In this document: one piece after another, positions 49,376-57,506 of the stretch | Numbering within the stretch: the first letter of the stretch is position 1 | Layout of the letters: each line of letters begins with the position of its first letter | NCBI GenBank assembly: GCA_044221725.1 | Contig: JBGAON010000001.1 | Location: forward strand, 640,001-704,000 | Direction: 5' to 3' | Length of the DNA stretch: 64,000 bases | From: Elusimicrobiota bacterium | GTDB taxonomy: Bacteria; Elusimicrobiota; Elusimicrobia; F11 | Made by a program: the position numbers and the translations under genes | Notes under the pieces: generated by a model | Seen by the model: the letters and a program-made list of their open reading frames with translations, nothing else | Told to the model about the DNA's origin: nothing | The model's database searches: none

Positions 49376-50703
49376 TCAAAACACCGTTGGTCCGACCGGG
49401 ACATACGTACCAAACAGTTACCGACAAAATCAGTTCGATTGTGCTCACGCGCAAAACGCCGCGCGCGTGGATGATGGGTGCATCGCTTTCGTTTGGTCTT
49501 GTGCTCGTTCTGCTCTATGCGATCACGTATTTGTTTGCCAAGGGCGTTGGGATTTGGGGTGTCAATGTTCCGGTCGCGTGGGGTTTTGCGATTGCAAACT
49601 TTGTTTGGTGGATTGGTATTGGGCACGCCGGAACGCTGATATCCGCAATCCTTTTGCTGATGCATCAGAAGTGGAGAAACTCCATCAATCGGTTCGCTGA
49701 GGCGATGACGCTTTTCGCGGTTTCGTGCGCGGGACTTTTCCCGGTTCTTCATTTGGGACGGCCATGGGTTTTTTATTGGCTCTTTCCGTACCCGGACACA
49801 ATGAAACTCTGGCCGCAATTTCGCAGTCCGCTCGTGTGGGACGTGTTTGCGGTCTCGACCTACGCCACGATTTCATTTTTATTTTGGTTCATTGGACTGC
49901 TTCCGGATTTGGCGTCCATGCGCGATCAGGCAAAAAAACGCTGGCTGCGGATTTTTTACGGCGTGCTCGCCATGGGATGGCGCGGCTCCGCGCGCCACTG
50001 GTTCCGGTACGAACGCGCGTATTGGATTTTGGCTGGCCTCGCGACGCCGCTCGTGGTGTCGGTGCACAGCGTTGTTAGTTTCGATTTTGCGGTCGCTCAG
50101 TTGCCGGGTTGGCATTCGACAATCTTTCCGCCGTATTTTGTCGCCGGTGCCATTTACTCCGGTTTCGCAATGGTGGCGACGCTCGCGATCCCTTTGCGGC
50201 GAATTTATCACCTGGAAGATTTCATTACGTCACGTCACTTGGAAAACATGGCCAAGATAATTCTCGCGACAAGCCTCATTGTGACCTACAGCTACATGGC
50301 GGAGATATTTATCGGTTGGTACAGCGGCAATGTGTTCGAGATAGCGGTTGCAAGAAACCGCGCGTTCGGTCCTTACGCGGTCCTTTACTGGCTGTTGATT
50401 CTTTGCAATGTCGGTGTGCCGCAGTTGTTGTGGTTAAAAAAAGTGCGTCTCAGCGTGCCGGCGCTCTTTGTGGTCTGCGTCATTGTGAACATTGGAATGT
50501 GGCTCGAGCGCTACGTCATCATTGTGACCGCGCTGAGCCGCGATTTTCTTCCGTCGTCGTGGGGAACCTATCACGGTACCGTGTGGGACTTTGCGACGCT
50601 GTTCGGTTCCATGGGTCTATTTATCGCGCTCCTGTTTATTTTTGTTCGCATATTGCCGGCGATTTCGATGTTCGAGACGCGTCAACTCGTGGAGCGAGAA
50701 TGA
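49372..50703 (+). CDS. actC: Alternative complex III NrfD-like quinol-binding membrane subunit
   Basis: NFVWWIGIGHAGTLISA, INRFAEAMT, HLGRPW, WHSTIFPPYFVAGA. Confidence 0.94.
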   Translation: MIKTPLVRPGHTYQTVTDKISSIVLTRKTPRAWMMGASLSFGLVLVLLYAITYLFAKGVGIWGVNVPVAWGFAIANFVWWIGIGHAGTLISAILLLMHQKWRNSINRFAEAMTLFAVSCAGLFPVLHLGRPWVFYWLFPYPDTMKLWPQFRSPLVWDVFAVSTYATISFLFWFIGLLPDLASMRDQAKKRWLRIFYGVLAMGWRGSARHWFRYERAYWILAGLATPLVVSVHSVVSFDFAVAQLPGWHSTIFPPYFVAGAIYSGFAMVATLAIPLRRIYHLEDFITSRHLENMAKIILATSLIVTYSYMAEIFIGWYSGNVFEIAVARNRAFGPYAVLYWLLILCNVGVPQLLWLKKVRLSVPALFVVCVIVNIGMWLERYVIIVTALSRDFLPSSWGTYHGTVWDFATLFGSMGLFIALLFIFVRILPAISMFETRQLVERE

Positions 50704-51230
50704 AACCGCTTTTTGGAATGATGGCCGAATTTGATTCTCCGGCAGCGCTGCTTTCGGCAGCGCATCTCACGCACGATAAAGGTTACCGAAGCACGGATGC
50801 CTACACGCCTTTTCCCGTCGAGGGTTTAAGCGAAGCGCTCGGTTTTTCGAAGACACGCATGCCTCTCGTCATTTTGATTGGCGGAATTTGTGGATGCATG
50901 GCCGGCTACCTTTTGCAGACATGGGCGATGGTGTGGAGCTACCCTCTCAATATCGGCAATCGCCCTCTGCACAGTTGGCCCGCGTTTATTCCTGTCACGT
51001 TCGAACTGACCATCCTTTTTGCGGGTCTCGCAGCGGTGTTCGGTATGTTGGCCGCCAACGGATTGCCGATGCCGTACCACCCGGTGTTCAACGTGCCACG
51101 TTTTGCGTTGGCGTCGCGCTCGCAATTCTTTCTTTGCATCGAAGCCCGCGATCCGTTGTTTGAAACCGAGGCCGTGCGCAAATTTCTCATGTCGCTTGAA
51201 CCCACGGGCGTTTATGACGTCGAGCCGTGA
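50700..51230 (+). CDS. actD: Alternative complex III subunit D (DUF3341)
   Basis: AEFD, DAYTPFPVEGL, SWPAFIPVTFELTIL. Confidence 0.92.
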   Translation: MKPLFGMMAEFDSPAALLSAAHLTHDKGYRSTDAYTPFPVEGLSEALGFSKTRMPLVILIGGICGCMAGYLLQTWAMVWSYPLNIGNRPLHSWPAFIPVTFELTILFAGLAAVFGMLAANGLPMPYHPVFNVPRFALASRSQFFLCIEARDPLFETEAVRKFLMSLEPTGVYDVEP

Positions 51231-51774
51231 ACGCGCGATAACGCTTGCGGCAGGTATATTTCTTTTCTGTTCGTGCGGAGGATGCCGACACGGTATGGAG
51301 GAACAGCCGAAGTTTGAACCGTTTCAAGAGAATCCGTTTTTCGCGGACGGTAATTCGGCTCGGCCGCGCGTGCCGGGCACGGTGGCGCACGGATCGTTTG
51401 CCGGCACGGATCCGACGAAAAAAAGGCCTTTCTCTGTGACGCGCGAGCGCTTGGAAAAAGGGCGACAAAGTTACGATGTGTTTTGTTCGGCGTGTCACGA
51501 CCGGGTGGGAGCCGGTGCCGGAATGATTGTGCAGCGCGGTTTTCCAGCGCCCGCGACGTTTCACAGCGAGCGTTTGAGGAATGCGTCGGATAATTATTTC
51601 TTCGATGCGATCACAAACGGATTCGGTCGCATGTATCCATTTGCGGATCGGATCCCAATCGAGGAAAGATGGGAGATCGTTGCGTACATTCGGGTTTTGC
51701 AACTCAGTCAGAACGTGCGCGTGAAGGATATCCCAAAAGCGGCGCGTGAGAAACTTGAACGGACGTCCCAATGA
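51214..51774 (+). CDS. actE: Alternative complex III monoheme cytochrome c lipoprotein
   Basis: GCR..M..QPK, GTVA.G, CSACH, FD.ITNGFG.M, RW.IVAYIR.LQ. Confidence 0.9.
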   Translation: MTSSRERAITLAAGIFLFCSCGGCRHGMEEQPKFEPFQENPFFADGNSARPRVPGTVAHGSFAGTDPTKKRPFSVTRERLEKGRQSYDVFCSACHDRVGAGAGMIVQRGFPAPATFHSERLRNASDNYFFDAITNGFGRMYPFADRIPIEERWEIVAYIRVLQLSQNVRVKDIPKAAREKLERTSQ

Positions 51775-52901
51775 ACGCCACGCACGCCGCTACGATTAAA
51801 AAATTCGAACGCGTCTCGGCGATTGTTGGCATCGTCGTTGGGATTGCGGGTGTCTTAGCGAGCCCCACTCAGTTTTTTCGCTCCTATCTCTTTGCGTTTA
51901 TGTTTTGGTTCGGAATGGGCATCGGTTGTTTGGGGATTGTTCTGTTGCTGCACGTGGTCGGGGGGACCTGGAGCGATTTGATTCGTCCGCTGCTCGAGGC
52001 GGGGGCGTCCACACTTCCGTGGCTCGCGATCTGCTTTGTGCCGATTTTGTTTGGCATTGAAAAAATTTATCCGTGGGCGCGGGCGGATGCCGTTGCCGGT
52101 GATGTCGTGCTGCAGCACAAGCGCGCCTATTTGAATGTTCCGTTTTTTGTTCTCCGCGCGGTCGCTTGTCTGACGCTTTGGTCGCTTATGGCGGTGCGCC
52201 TCAATCGTTGGTCCGATCCGCGGAACGCACCGCTCGAGGAGCGAGCGCGCCGGTACAGCGGTGTGGGTTTGTTTATTTACTTTCTCACCCTTCTTTTCTG
52301 CTTAACCGACTGGACGATGTCGCTCGAGCCGCACTGGTACTCGACGATCTATCAACTGATGGTGGTCGTCGGCCAGGCGCTGGGCGCGCTCGCCTTCGCG
52401 GTCTGTGGGCTTGCGCTTTTTGGTTGTGCGCGCTCGTCGGAGGCAATGCCACCGAAACCGCTTCTCGATCTCGGAAATATGATGCTCACGCTCGTGATGT
52501 TCTGGGCCTACACGGCGTTCTCTCAGTACTTAATTATTTGGTCGGGCGATATTCCGGATGAGATTTCCTGGTATTTGCATCGCCAGCAAGGCGGCTGGTT
52601 CTGGATCGCGATGGTGTTGATCGTGTTTCAATTTTTTCTGCCGTTCACGGTTCTGCTGTTGCGCACCGCCAAGGCACGCCTTGAGCGCCTTGCCGGCGTG
52701 TGCGCTCTCATTGTCGGAGTTCGGATCCTCGAAGTGTATTGGCTGATCGAGCCCGCGTTTTATCCCGGCGATTTTCACATTCATTGGCTCGATGTGGCGC
52801 TTCCGATTGGGTTGGGGGGCGTTTGGTGTTTCGCCTTTTTGAAGACGCTGGAGCGCCGGCCGGCCATCATCGTTGCGTGCATGCCCGAGGCGGCGCCGTG
52901 A
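51771..52901 (+). CDS. actF: Alternative complex III subunit F
   Basis: YLN.PFF..R, DW.MSLEPHWYST, FSQYLIIW.G.IP.E..WY..R. Confidence 0.9.
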   Translation: MNATHAATIKKFERVSAIVGIVVGIAGVLASPTQFFRSYLFAFMFWFGMGIGCLGIVLLLHVVGGTWSDLIRPLLEAGASTLPWLAICFVPILFGIEKIYPWARADAVAGDVVLQHKRAYLNVPFFVLRAVACLTLWSLMAVRLNRWSDPRNAPLEERARRYSGVGLFIYFLTLLFCLTDWTMSLEPHWYSTIYQLMVVVGQALGALAFAVCGLALFGCARSSEAMPPKPLLDLGNMMLTLVMFWAYTAFSQYLIIWSGDIPDEISWYLHRQQGGWFWIAMVLIVFQFFLPFTVLLLRTAKARLERLAGVCALIVGVRILEVYWLIEPAFYPGDFHIHWLDVALPIGLGGVWCFAFLKTLERRPAIIVACMPEAAP

Positions 52902-53206
52902 TTCACGAGAAACAGGATTTGGGTTTCCGAATTGTCGCCTTGGCGCTGGGCGCGCTTCTGATTCTAATGGGGGTGGTGCACCTGGTTTCAATAACGATGA
53001 ATCCGCGCATCGTTGAACAGACAAAAGCCTTTCCACCCAAACCGCGTCTGCAGGCAGATCCCGCACGCGAACTTACGCGATTGCGCGAATCGGAAGACGT
53101 CGTGTTAAAGAACTACGGTTGGGTTGATCGCTCGCGAGGCATTGTGCATGTGCCGATCTCTGATGCGACCGAATTGTATTTGCAAAGACAGCGGAGTCGC
53201 CCGTGA
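52898..53206 (+). CDS. Alternative complex III small subunit (ActG-like)
   Basis: Single TM; PP.PRLQ..P, YGWVD...G.V..PI..A; lies between actF and the SCO gene. Confidence 0.75.
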   Translation: MIHEKQDLGFRIVALALGALLILMGVVHLVSITMNPRIVEQTKAFPPKPRLQADPARELTRLRESEDVVLKNYGWVDRSRGIVHVPISDATELYLQRQRSRP

Positions 53207-53979
53207 ACCGCACATTTGGAATGTTGCTTTTTCTGTTGGTCGTCGAAGCGTCGGCAGCGCCGAACAAAATGTTGGACAGCGTGAGCTTTGATCAAAATCT
53301 TAACGCGCAAATTCCGTTGGCGCTGGAATTCAAAGACGAACATGGGCAAGCGGTGTCATTGAAAAACTATTTTTCCGACAAACCGGTGATCTTAAGTCTC
53401 GTTTACTACGACTGTCCGATGCTGTGCACGGAAACATTGAACGGGATGGTGCGCGTGCTGCGATCCCTCAAATGGAATGTCGGCGACCAGTTCAATGTTT
53501 TGACCGTGAGTTTTAATCCGCGCGATACGTCCGCGCTCGCGCTGGCGAAGAAAAACTCTTATGGGAATCGTTACGGTCGCGCGGGCGCTGCGACCGGCTG
53601 GACATTTCTTACCGGCGATGAAGATAATATCGAGAAGCTTACGAACGCGGTCGGCTTCCATTATGTTTACGATTCAAAAGCCGATCAATACGCGCACTCG
53701 ACCGGCATTCTCGTCGTCACACCTCAAGGAAAAGTTTCCCGGTACTTGTACGGTGTCGAATATTCCGCGCGCGATCTGCGCCTGGCTCTGGTGGATTCCG
53801 TGAACGGAAAAATTGGCTCGCCGGTCGATCGAATTCTGCTCTATTGTTATCACTACGATCCGTTGACAGGAACCTATGGTGTGCGGGTGATGCGCGTGTT
53901 GCGGGTGGCCGCGTTCTTCACCGTGATATTCGTCTTGTTCCTGGCTGGGGCGCTGACGGTTTGGCCACGGGGTGCCTAA
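53203..53979 (+). CDS. SCO1/SenC-family copper chaperone
   Basis: YYDCPMLC (CxxxC), QYAH, SRYLYGVEY. Confidence 0.9.
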   Translation: MNRTFGMLLFLLVVEASAAPNKMLDSVSFDQNLNAQIPLALEFKDEHGQAVSLKNYFSDKPVILSLVYYDCPMLCTETLNGMVRVLRSLKWNVGDQFNVLTVSFNPRDTSALALAKKNSYGNRYGRAGAATGWTFLTGDEDNIEKLTNAVGFHYVYDSKADQYAHSTGILVVTPQGKVSRYLYGVEYSARDLRLALVDSVNGKIGSPVDRILLYCYHYDPLTGTYGVRVMRVLRVAAFFTVIFVLFLAGALTVWPRGA

Positions 53980-54629
53980 TGGGAAACTTAACGTTTTTCC
54001 CGGAAGCGGCATCGGAAATTTCGCACGAGGTCGACGCGCTTATGCTGTACGTGCTCGGCGTTGCAATTTTCTTCTCGGTTCTCATTTCCACTCTCATTGT
54101 TTATTTCTCGATCAAATACCGGTTCCCGACAAGCGCGGATCGTTCGAAACCGGTTTCCTCGAACATTCTTCTCGAAATAGTGTGGACCGGAATTCCTCTG
54201 TTATTAGCGCTGACCATGTTCGCGTGGGGCTCGCGTTTGTTTATTCGCATGCACGAGCCGCCGCCGGACGCTATGGATATCTATGTGATCGGCAAGCAGT
54301 GGATGTGGAAAATGCAACATCCCGGCGGGCAGCGTGAGATAAATGAGCTGCATGTTCCGATTGGCCGCTCGGTGCGCCTTCGTATGACGTCGCAAGACGT
54401 GATTCACAGCTTTTTTGTGCCGGCGTTTCGACTCAAGCAAGATGTGTTGCCGGGGCGTACCACGTTCGCGTGGTTCGCCGCAACGCGGGCCGGCCGGTAC
54501 CATTTGTTCTGCTCGCAATACTGCGGCACCTCGCACTCGGCGATGGTGGGATGGGTGGAGGCGATGCCGCCGGCCGATTATCAGCGTTGGCTGAGCGACA
54601 ACGCCGGCCGTACCAGGGGCACGCCGTGA
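53979..54629 (+). CDS. ctaC: Cytochrome c oxidase subunit II (no fused cytochrome c)
   Basis: [31 protein letters not shown]uA site; no CxxCH. Confidence 0.93.
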   Translation: MGNLTFFPEAASEISHEVDALMLYVLGVAIFFSVLISTLIVYFSIKYRFPTSADRSKPVSSNILLEIVWTGIPLLLALTMFAWGSRLFIRMHEPPPDAMDIYVIGKQWMWKMQHPGGQREINELHVPIGRSVRLRMTSQDVIHSFFVPAFRLKQDVLPGRTTFAWFAATRAGRYHLFCSQYCGTSHSAMVGWVEAMPPADYQRWLSDNAGRTRGTP

Positions 54630-56221
54630 AAAACTATCTAAACGATGGATACTCGGTGCGCTCATGGCTTCTTTCGACGGACCACAAACGCATTGCACTG
54701 TTGTATTTGTTTTCAATTACGTTTTTTTTCGTTGTCGGTGGTTTTGCAGCGCTGCTAATGCGGTTGGAGCTGTTAACGCCGGCCGGCGACCTTGTGCAAG
54801 CAGAAACCTACAACAAGCTGTTCACGATGCACGGCGTGACCATGGTTTTTCTTTTCTTAATTCCTTCAATTCCATCCGTGCTCGGAAATTTTCTTGTTCC
54901 GCTGATGGTCGGCGCGCACGACATGGCGTTTCCCAAGCTCAATTTGGCCAGCTGGTATCTTTTTATGCTGGGCGGAATTTTTACGCTGGCCGCAATGATT
55001 TTGGGCGGCGTCGACACCGGTTGGACTTTTTATGCACCCTACAGCAGTGTTTATTCCACGACACCGGTGATCACGATGGCGGTCGGAATTATTATTGCTG
55101 GCTTTTCTTCGATCCTTACCGGACTCAATTTCATGGTGACGATTCACCGGTTGCGGGCACCGGGGCTGACGTGGCCGCGACTTCCGCTTTTCATTTGGTC
55201 GATGTACGCCACGAGCGTCATTTTCATTCTCGGAACACCCGTGCTGACGATGTCGCTCGTCTTAATTGCGCTGGAGCGTGTGTGGCGCATCGGCATATTC
55301 GATCCGGCGCTCGGTGGGGATCCGTTGCTTTTTCAGCATTTGTTCTGGTTCTATTCGCATCCGGCGGTGTACATCATGATTTTGCCGAGCATGGGTGTTG
55401 TGAGCGAAATCGTTCCGTGTTTCGCTCGCAAACGCATCTTTGGCTACAACTTTGTGGCCGGCGCCAGCTTGGCTATTGCGGCGCTTGGATTTCTCGTGTG
55501 GGGACACCACATGTTTGTGTCGGGCCAGTCGGTATACGCGGGCCTGGCGTTCTCGTTGTTTAGTTTTCTCGTAGCCATTCCATCGGCTGTTAAAGTGTTT
55601 AATTGGACGGCCACGTTGCACAAAGGTCGCATCTATTTGCGCACGCCAATGCTGTACGCGCTTGGATTCATTGGCCTTTTCACAATGGGCGGGCTCACGG
55701 GCCTCATGCTTGCGTCGCTCGGACTGGATGTGCACGTGCACGACACGTATTTTGTGATCGCGCACTTTCACTACATCATGGTGGGCGGCGCTGTGATGGG
55801 ATATTTGGGCGCGATTCATTTTTGGTGGCCAAAAATGTCGGGTCGTCTCTATCCGGAATTCTGGGGAAAAATTTCGGCCGTCATTGTGTTTATTGGATTC
55901 AATCTCACGTTCTTCCCGCAATTTGTTCTCGGGTATCTCGGCATGCCGCGACGATACTTTCATTATCCGCCCGAGTTTCAAGTGTTGAATGTTTTCTCGA
56001 CGGCGGGCGCCTCCATTCTCGGTGTTGGATATCTTTTGCCGTTGCTTTATTTGATTTGGTCCTTTCGGTATGGAGCGTCGGCCGGAGACAATCCGTGGAA
56101 TGCCACGGGGCTCGAATGGCAAACCGCGTCGCCGCCAACAACGGAGAATTTCGCGTCAGCGCCGACGGTAACCGAGGAAGCTTACGCGTACGAAAAACGC
56201 ACGGAGGCGCCGCGTGTCTGA
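54626..56221 (+). CDS. ctaD: Cytochrome c oxidase subunit I, A2 type
   Basis: [25 protein letters not shown] (YS motif = A2), [24 protein letters not shown]. Confidence 0.96.
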   Translation: MKNYLNDGYSVRSWLLSTDHKRIALLYLFSITFFFVVGGFAALLMRLELLTPAGDLVQAETYNKLFTMHGVTMVFLFLIPSIPSVLGNFLVPLMVGAHDMAFPKLNLASWYLFMLGGIFTLAAMILGGVDTGWTFYAPYSSVYSTTPVITMAVGIIIAGFSSILTGLNFMVTIHRLRAPGLTWPRLPLFIWSMYATSVIFILGTPVLTMSLVLIALERVWRIGIFDPALGGDPLLFQHLFWFYSHPAVYIMILPSMGVVSEIVPCFARKRIFGYNFVAGASLAIAALGFLVWGHHMFVSGQSVYAGLAFSLFSFLVAIPSAVKVFNWTATLHKGRIYLRTPMLYALGFIGLFTMGGLTGLMLASLGLDVHVHDTYFVIAHFHYIMVGGAVMGYLGAIHFWWPKMSGRLYPEFWGKISAVIVFIGFNLTFFPQFVLGYLGMPRRYFHYPPEFQVLNVFSTAGASILGVGYLLPLLYLIWSFRYGASAGDNPWNATGLEWQTASPPTTENFASAPTVTEEAYAYEKRTEAPRV

Positions 56222-56834
56222 TCACGAACAAGAAAATTTGAACCGCGATGCGTCTCAAATCGGCATGTGGATTTTTCTTGCAACCGAAGTTATGTTTTTC
56301 GGCGGCTTGTTCACCGCGTACAGCGCGTTTCATTATCGGCACGCGGATGCGTTTGCCTCCGCCGGCGGCCACACGGATTTGTGGATGGGCGCTGTGAACA
56401 CCGCGGTGCTTCTCCTTAGCAGTCTTACCATGGCGCTCGCTGTCGAAGCAGCGCGAGGGACTTCATCGCGTTCGCTCCTGCGGTATCTTTTGGCGACGAT
56501 TGGGCTTGGTTCAATTTTTCTTGTGCTGAAAGGAATCGAATACGTTCATCACATCAATGAACATCTTTTCCCGGGGCCCACTTTCGACTACTCGCCGAAC
56601 AGCTTTCGCGGGCCGGCCGAGTTGTTTTTTTATTTGTATTTCACGATGACCGGCCTGCACGCGCTGCACATGATCATTGGCATCTTGGTTTTGGTCGCGC
56701 TCGCCGTGCTTGCAAAACACAGGGCCGGCGGCGTTTCGGATACGGCGGTCACATTAACGGGCCTTTATTGGCATTTCGTGGACGTCATTTGGATTTTTCT
56801 GTTCCCCATGTTTTATTTGGTTCGGAGCCGTTGA
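56214..56834 (+). CDS. ctaE: Cytochrome c oxidase subunit III
   Basis: [35 protein letters not shown]. Confidence 0.94.
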   Translation: MSDHEQENLNRDASQIGMWIFLATEVMFFGGLFTAYSAFHYRHADAFASAGGHTDLWMGAVNTAVLLLSSLTMALAVEAARGTSSRSLLRYLLATIGLGSIFLVLKGIEYVHHINEHLFPGPTFDYSPNSFRGPAELFFYLYFTMTGLHALHMIIGILVLVALAVLAKHRAGGVSDTAVTLTGLYWHFVDVIWIFLFPMFYLVRSR

Positions 56835-57106
56835 ACGTGCCGGAGAATCACCAAAAGACATTGTTGAAAGTGGCGGTGATACTTTTGCTGTTGCTTGCAT
56901 TGACCGTGGGGCTCTCGTTTGCCCAGTTGGGCAAATTTGGTTTTCTCGTGGCGCTTTTGATTGCCGCGGCAAAGGCCGTCCTGGTGGTTTGGTTTTTCAT
57001 GGAACTGCGCGTGGGCAGCGAGACCGTGTGGATCATGTCGTTGCTGGGTTTCTTTTGGCTTTTTATTTTGATCGCTGGAACGTTGGCGGATATTTCTAAC
57101 GCTTGA
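56831..57106 (+). CDS. ctaF: Cytochrome c oxidase subunit IV
   Basis: Three TM helices; IA..KA.LV..FFMEL. Confidence 0.85.
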   Translation: MNVPENHQKTLLKVAVILLLLLALTVGLSFAQLGKFGFLVALLIAAAKAVLVVWFFMELRVGSETVWIMSLLGFFWLFILIAGTLADISNA

Positions 57107-57140
57107 AGGGCCCCATGCGTGGTTTGCTATACTCCGCCGG

Positions 57141-57181
57141 TCGCCGGTGAAGAGCCTGGCTCTTCATCGGTGATTTTTTTT
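57141..57181 (+). terminator. Intrinsic terminator-like hairpin after the oxidase operon
   Basis: TCGCCGGTGAAGAGC-ctg-GCTCTTCATCGGTGA followed by T8. Confidence 0.75.
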
Positions 57182-57182
57182 C

Positions 57183-57255
57183 GTGCCCGTAGCTCAGCTG
57201 GTAGAGCATACGACTTTTAATCGTAGGGTCGAGAGTTCGAATCTCTCCGGGCACA
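57183..57255 (+). tRNA. tRNA-Lys (anticodon TTT)
   Basis: GTGCCCG/CGGGCAC; TACGA-CTTTTAA-TCGTA; GAGAG-TTCGAAT-CTCTC. Confidence 0.95.
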
Positions 57256-57265
57256 TATCAATAAA

Positions 57266-57337
57266 GGCCCCATCGTCTAACGGTTAGGACATCAGCTTTT
57301 CAAGCTGACGATCGGAGTTCGATTCTCCGTGGGGTCA
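57266..57337 (+). tRNA. tRNA-Glu (anticodon TTC)
   Basis: GGCCCCA/TGGGGTC; TCAGC-TTTTCAA-GCTGA; CGGAG-TTCGATT-CTCCG. Confidence 0.95.
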
Positions 57338-57506
57338 AATTCCAAATAATCCTCCCGAAATCACGCGTCGTTTTTTCGAGCATAAATTCCCTAGAAAATT
57401 ACTCCAATCGCTACCAGACTGTCACTGAATTGTCGCGGTCCTGTCCTCATCTTGTCTTACTTCTCGGTTATCTTCAGGCGAGAGCAAAAGGCGCACGGAG
57501 GCGGTT

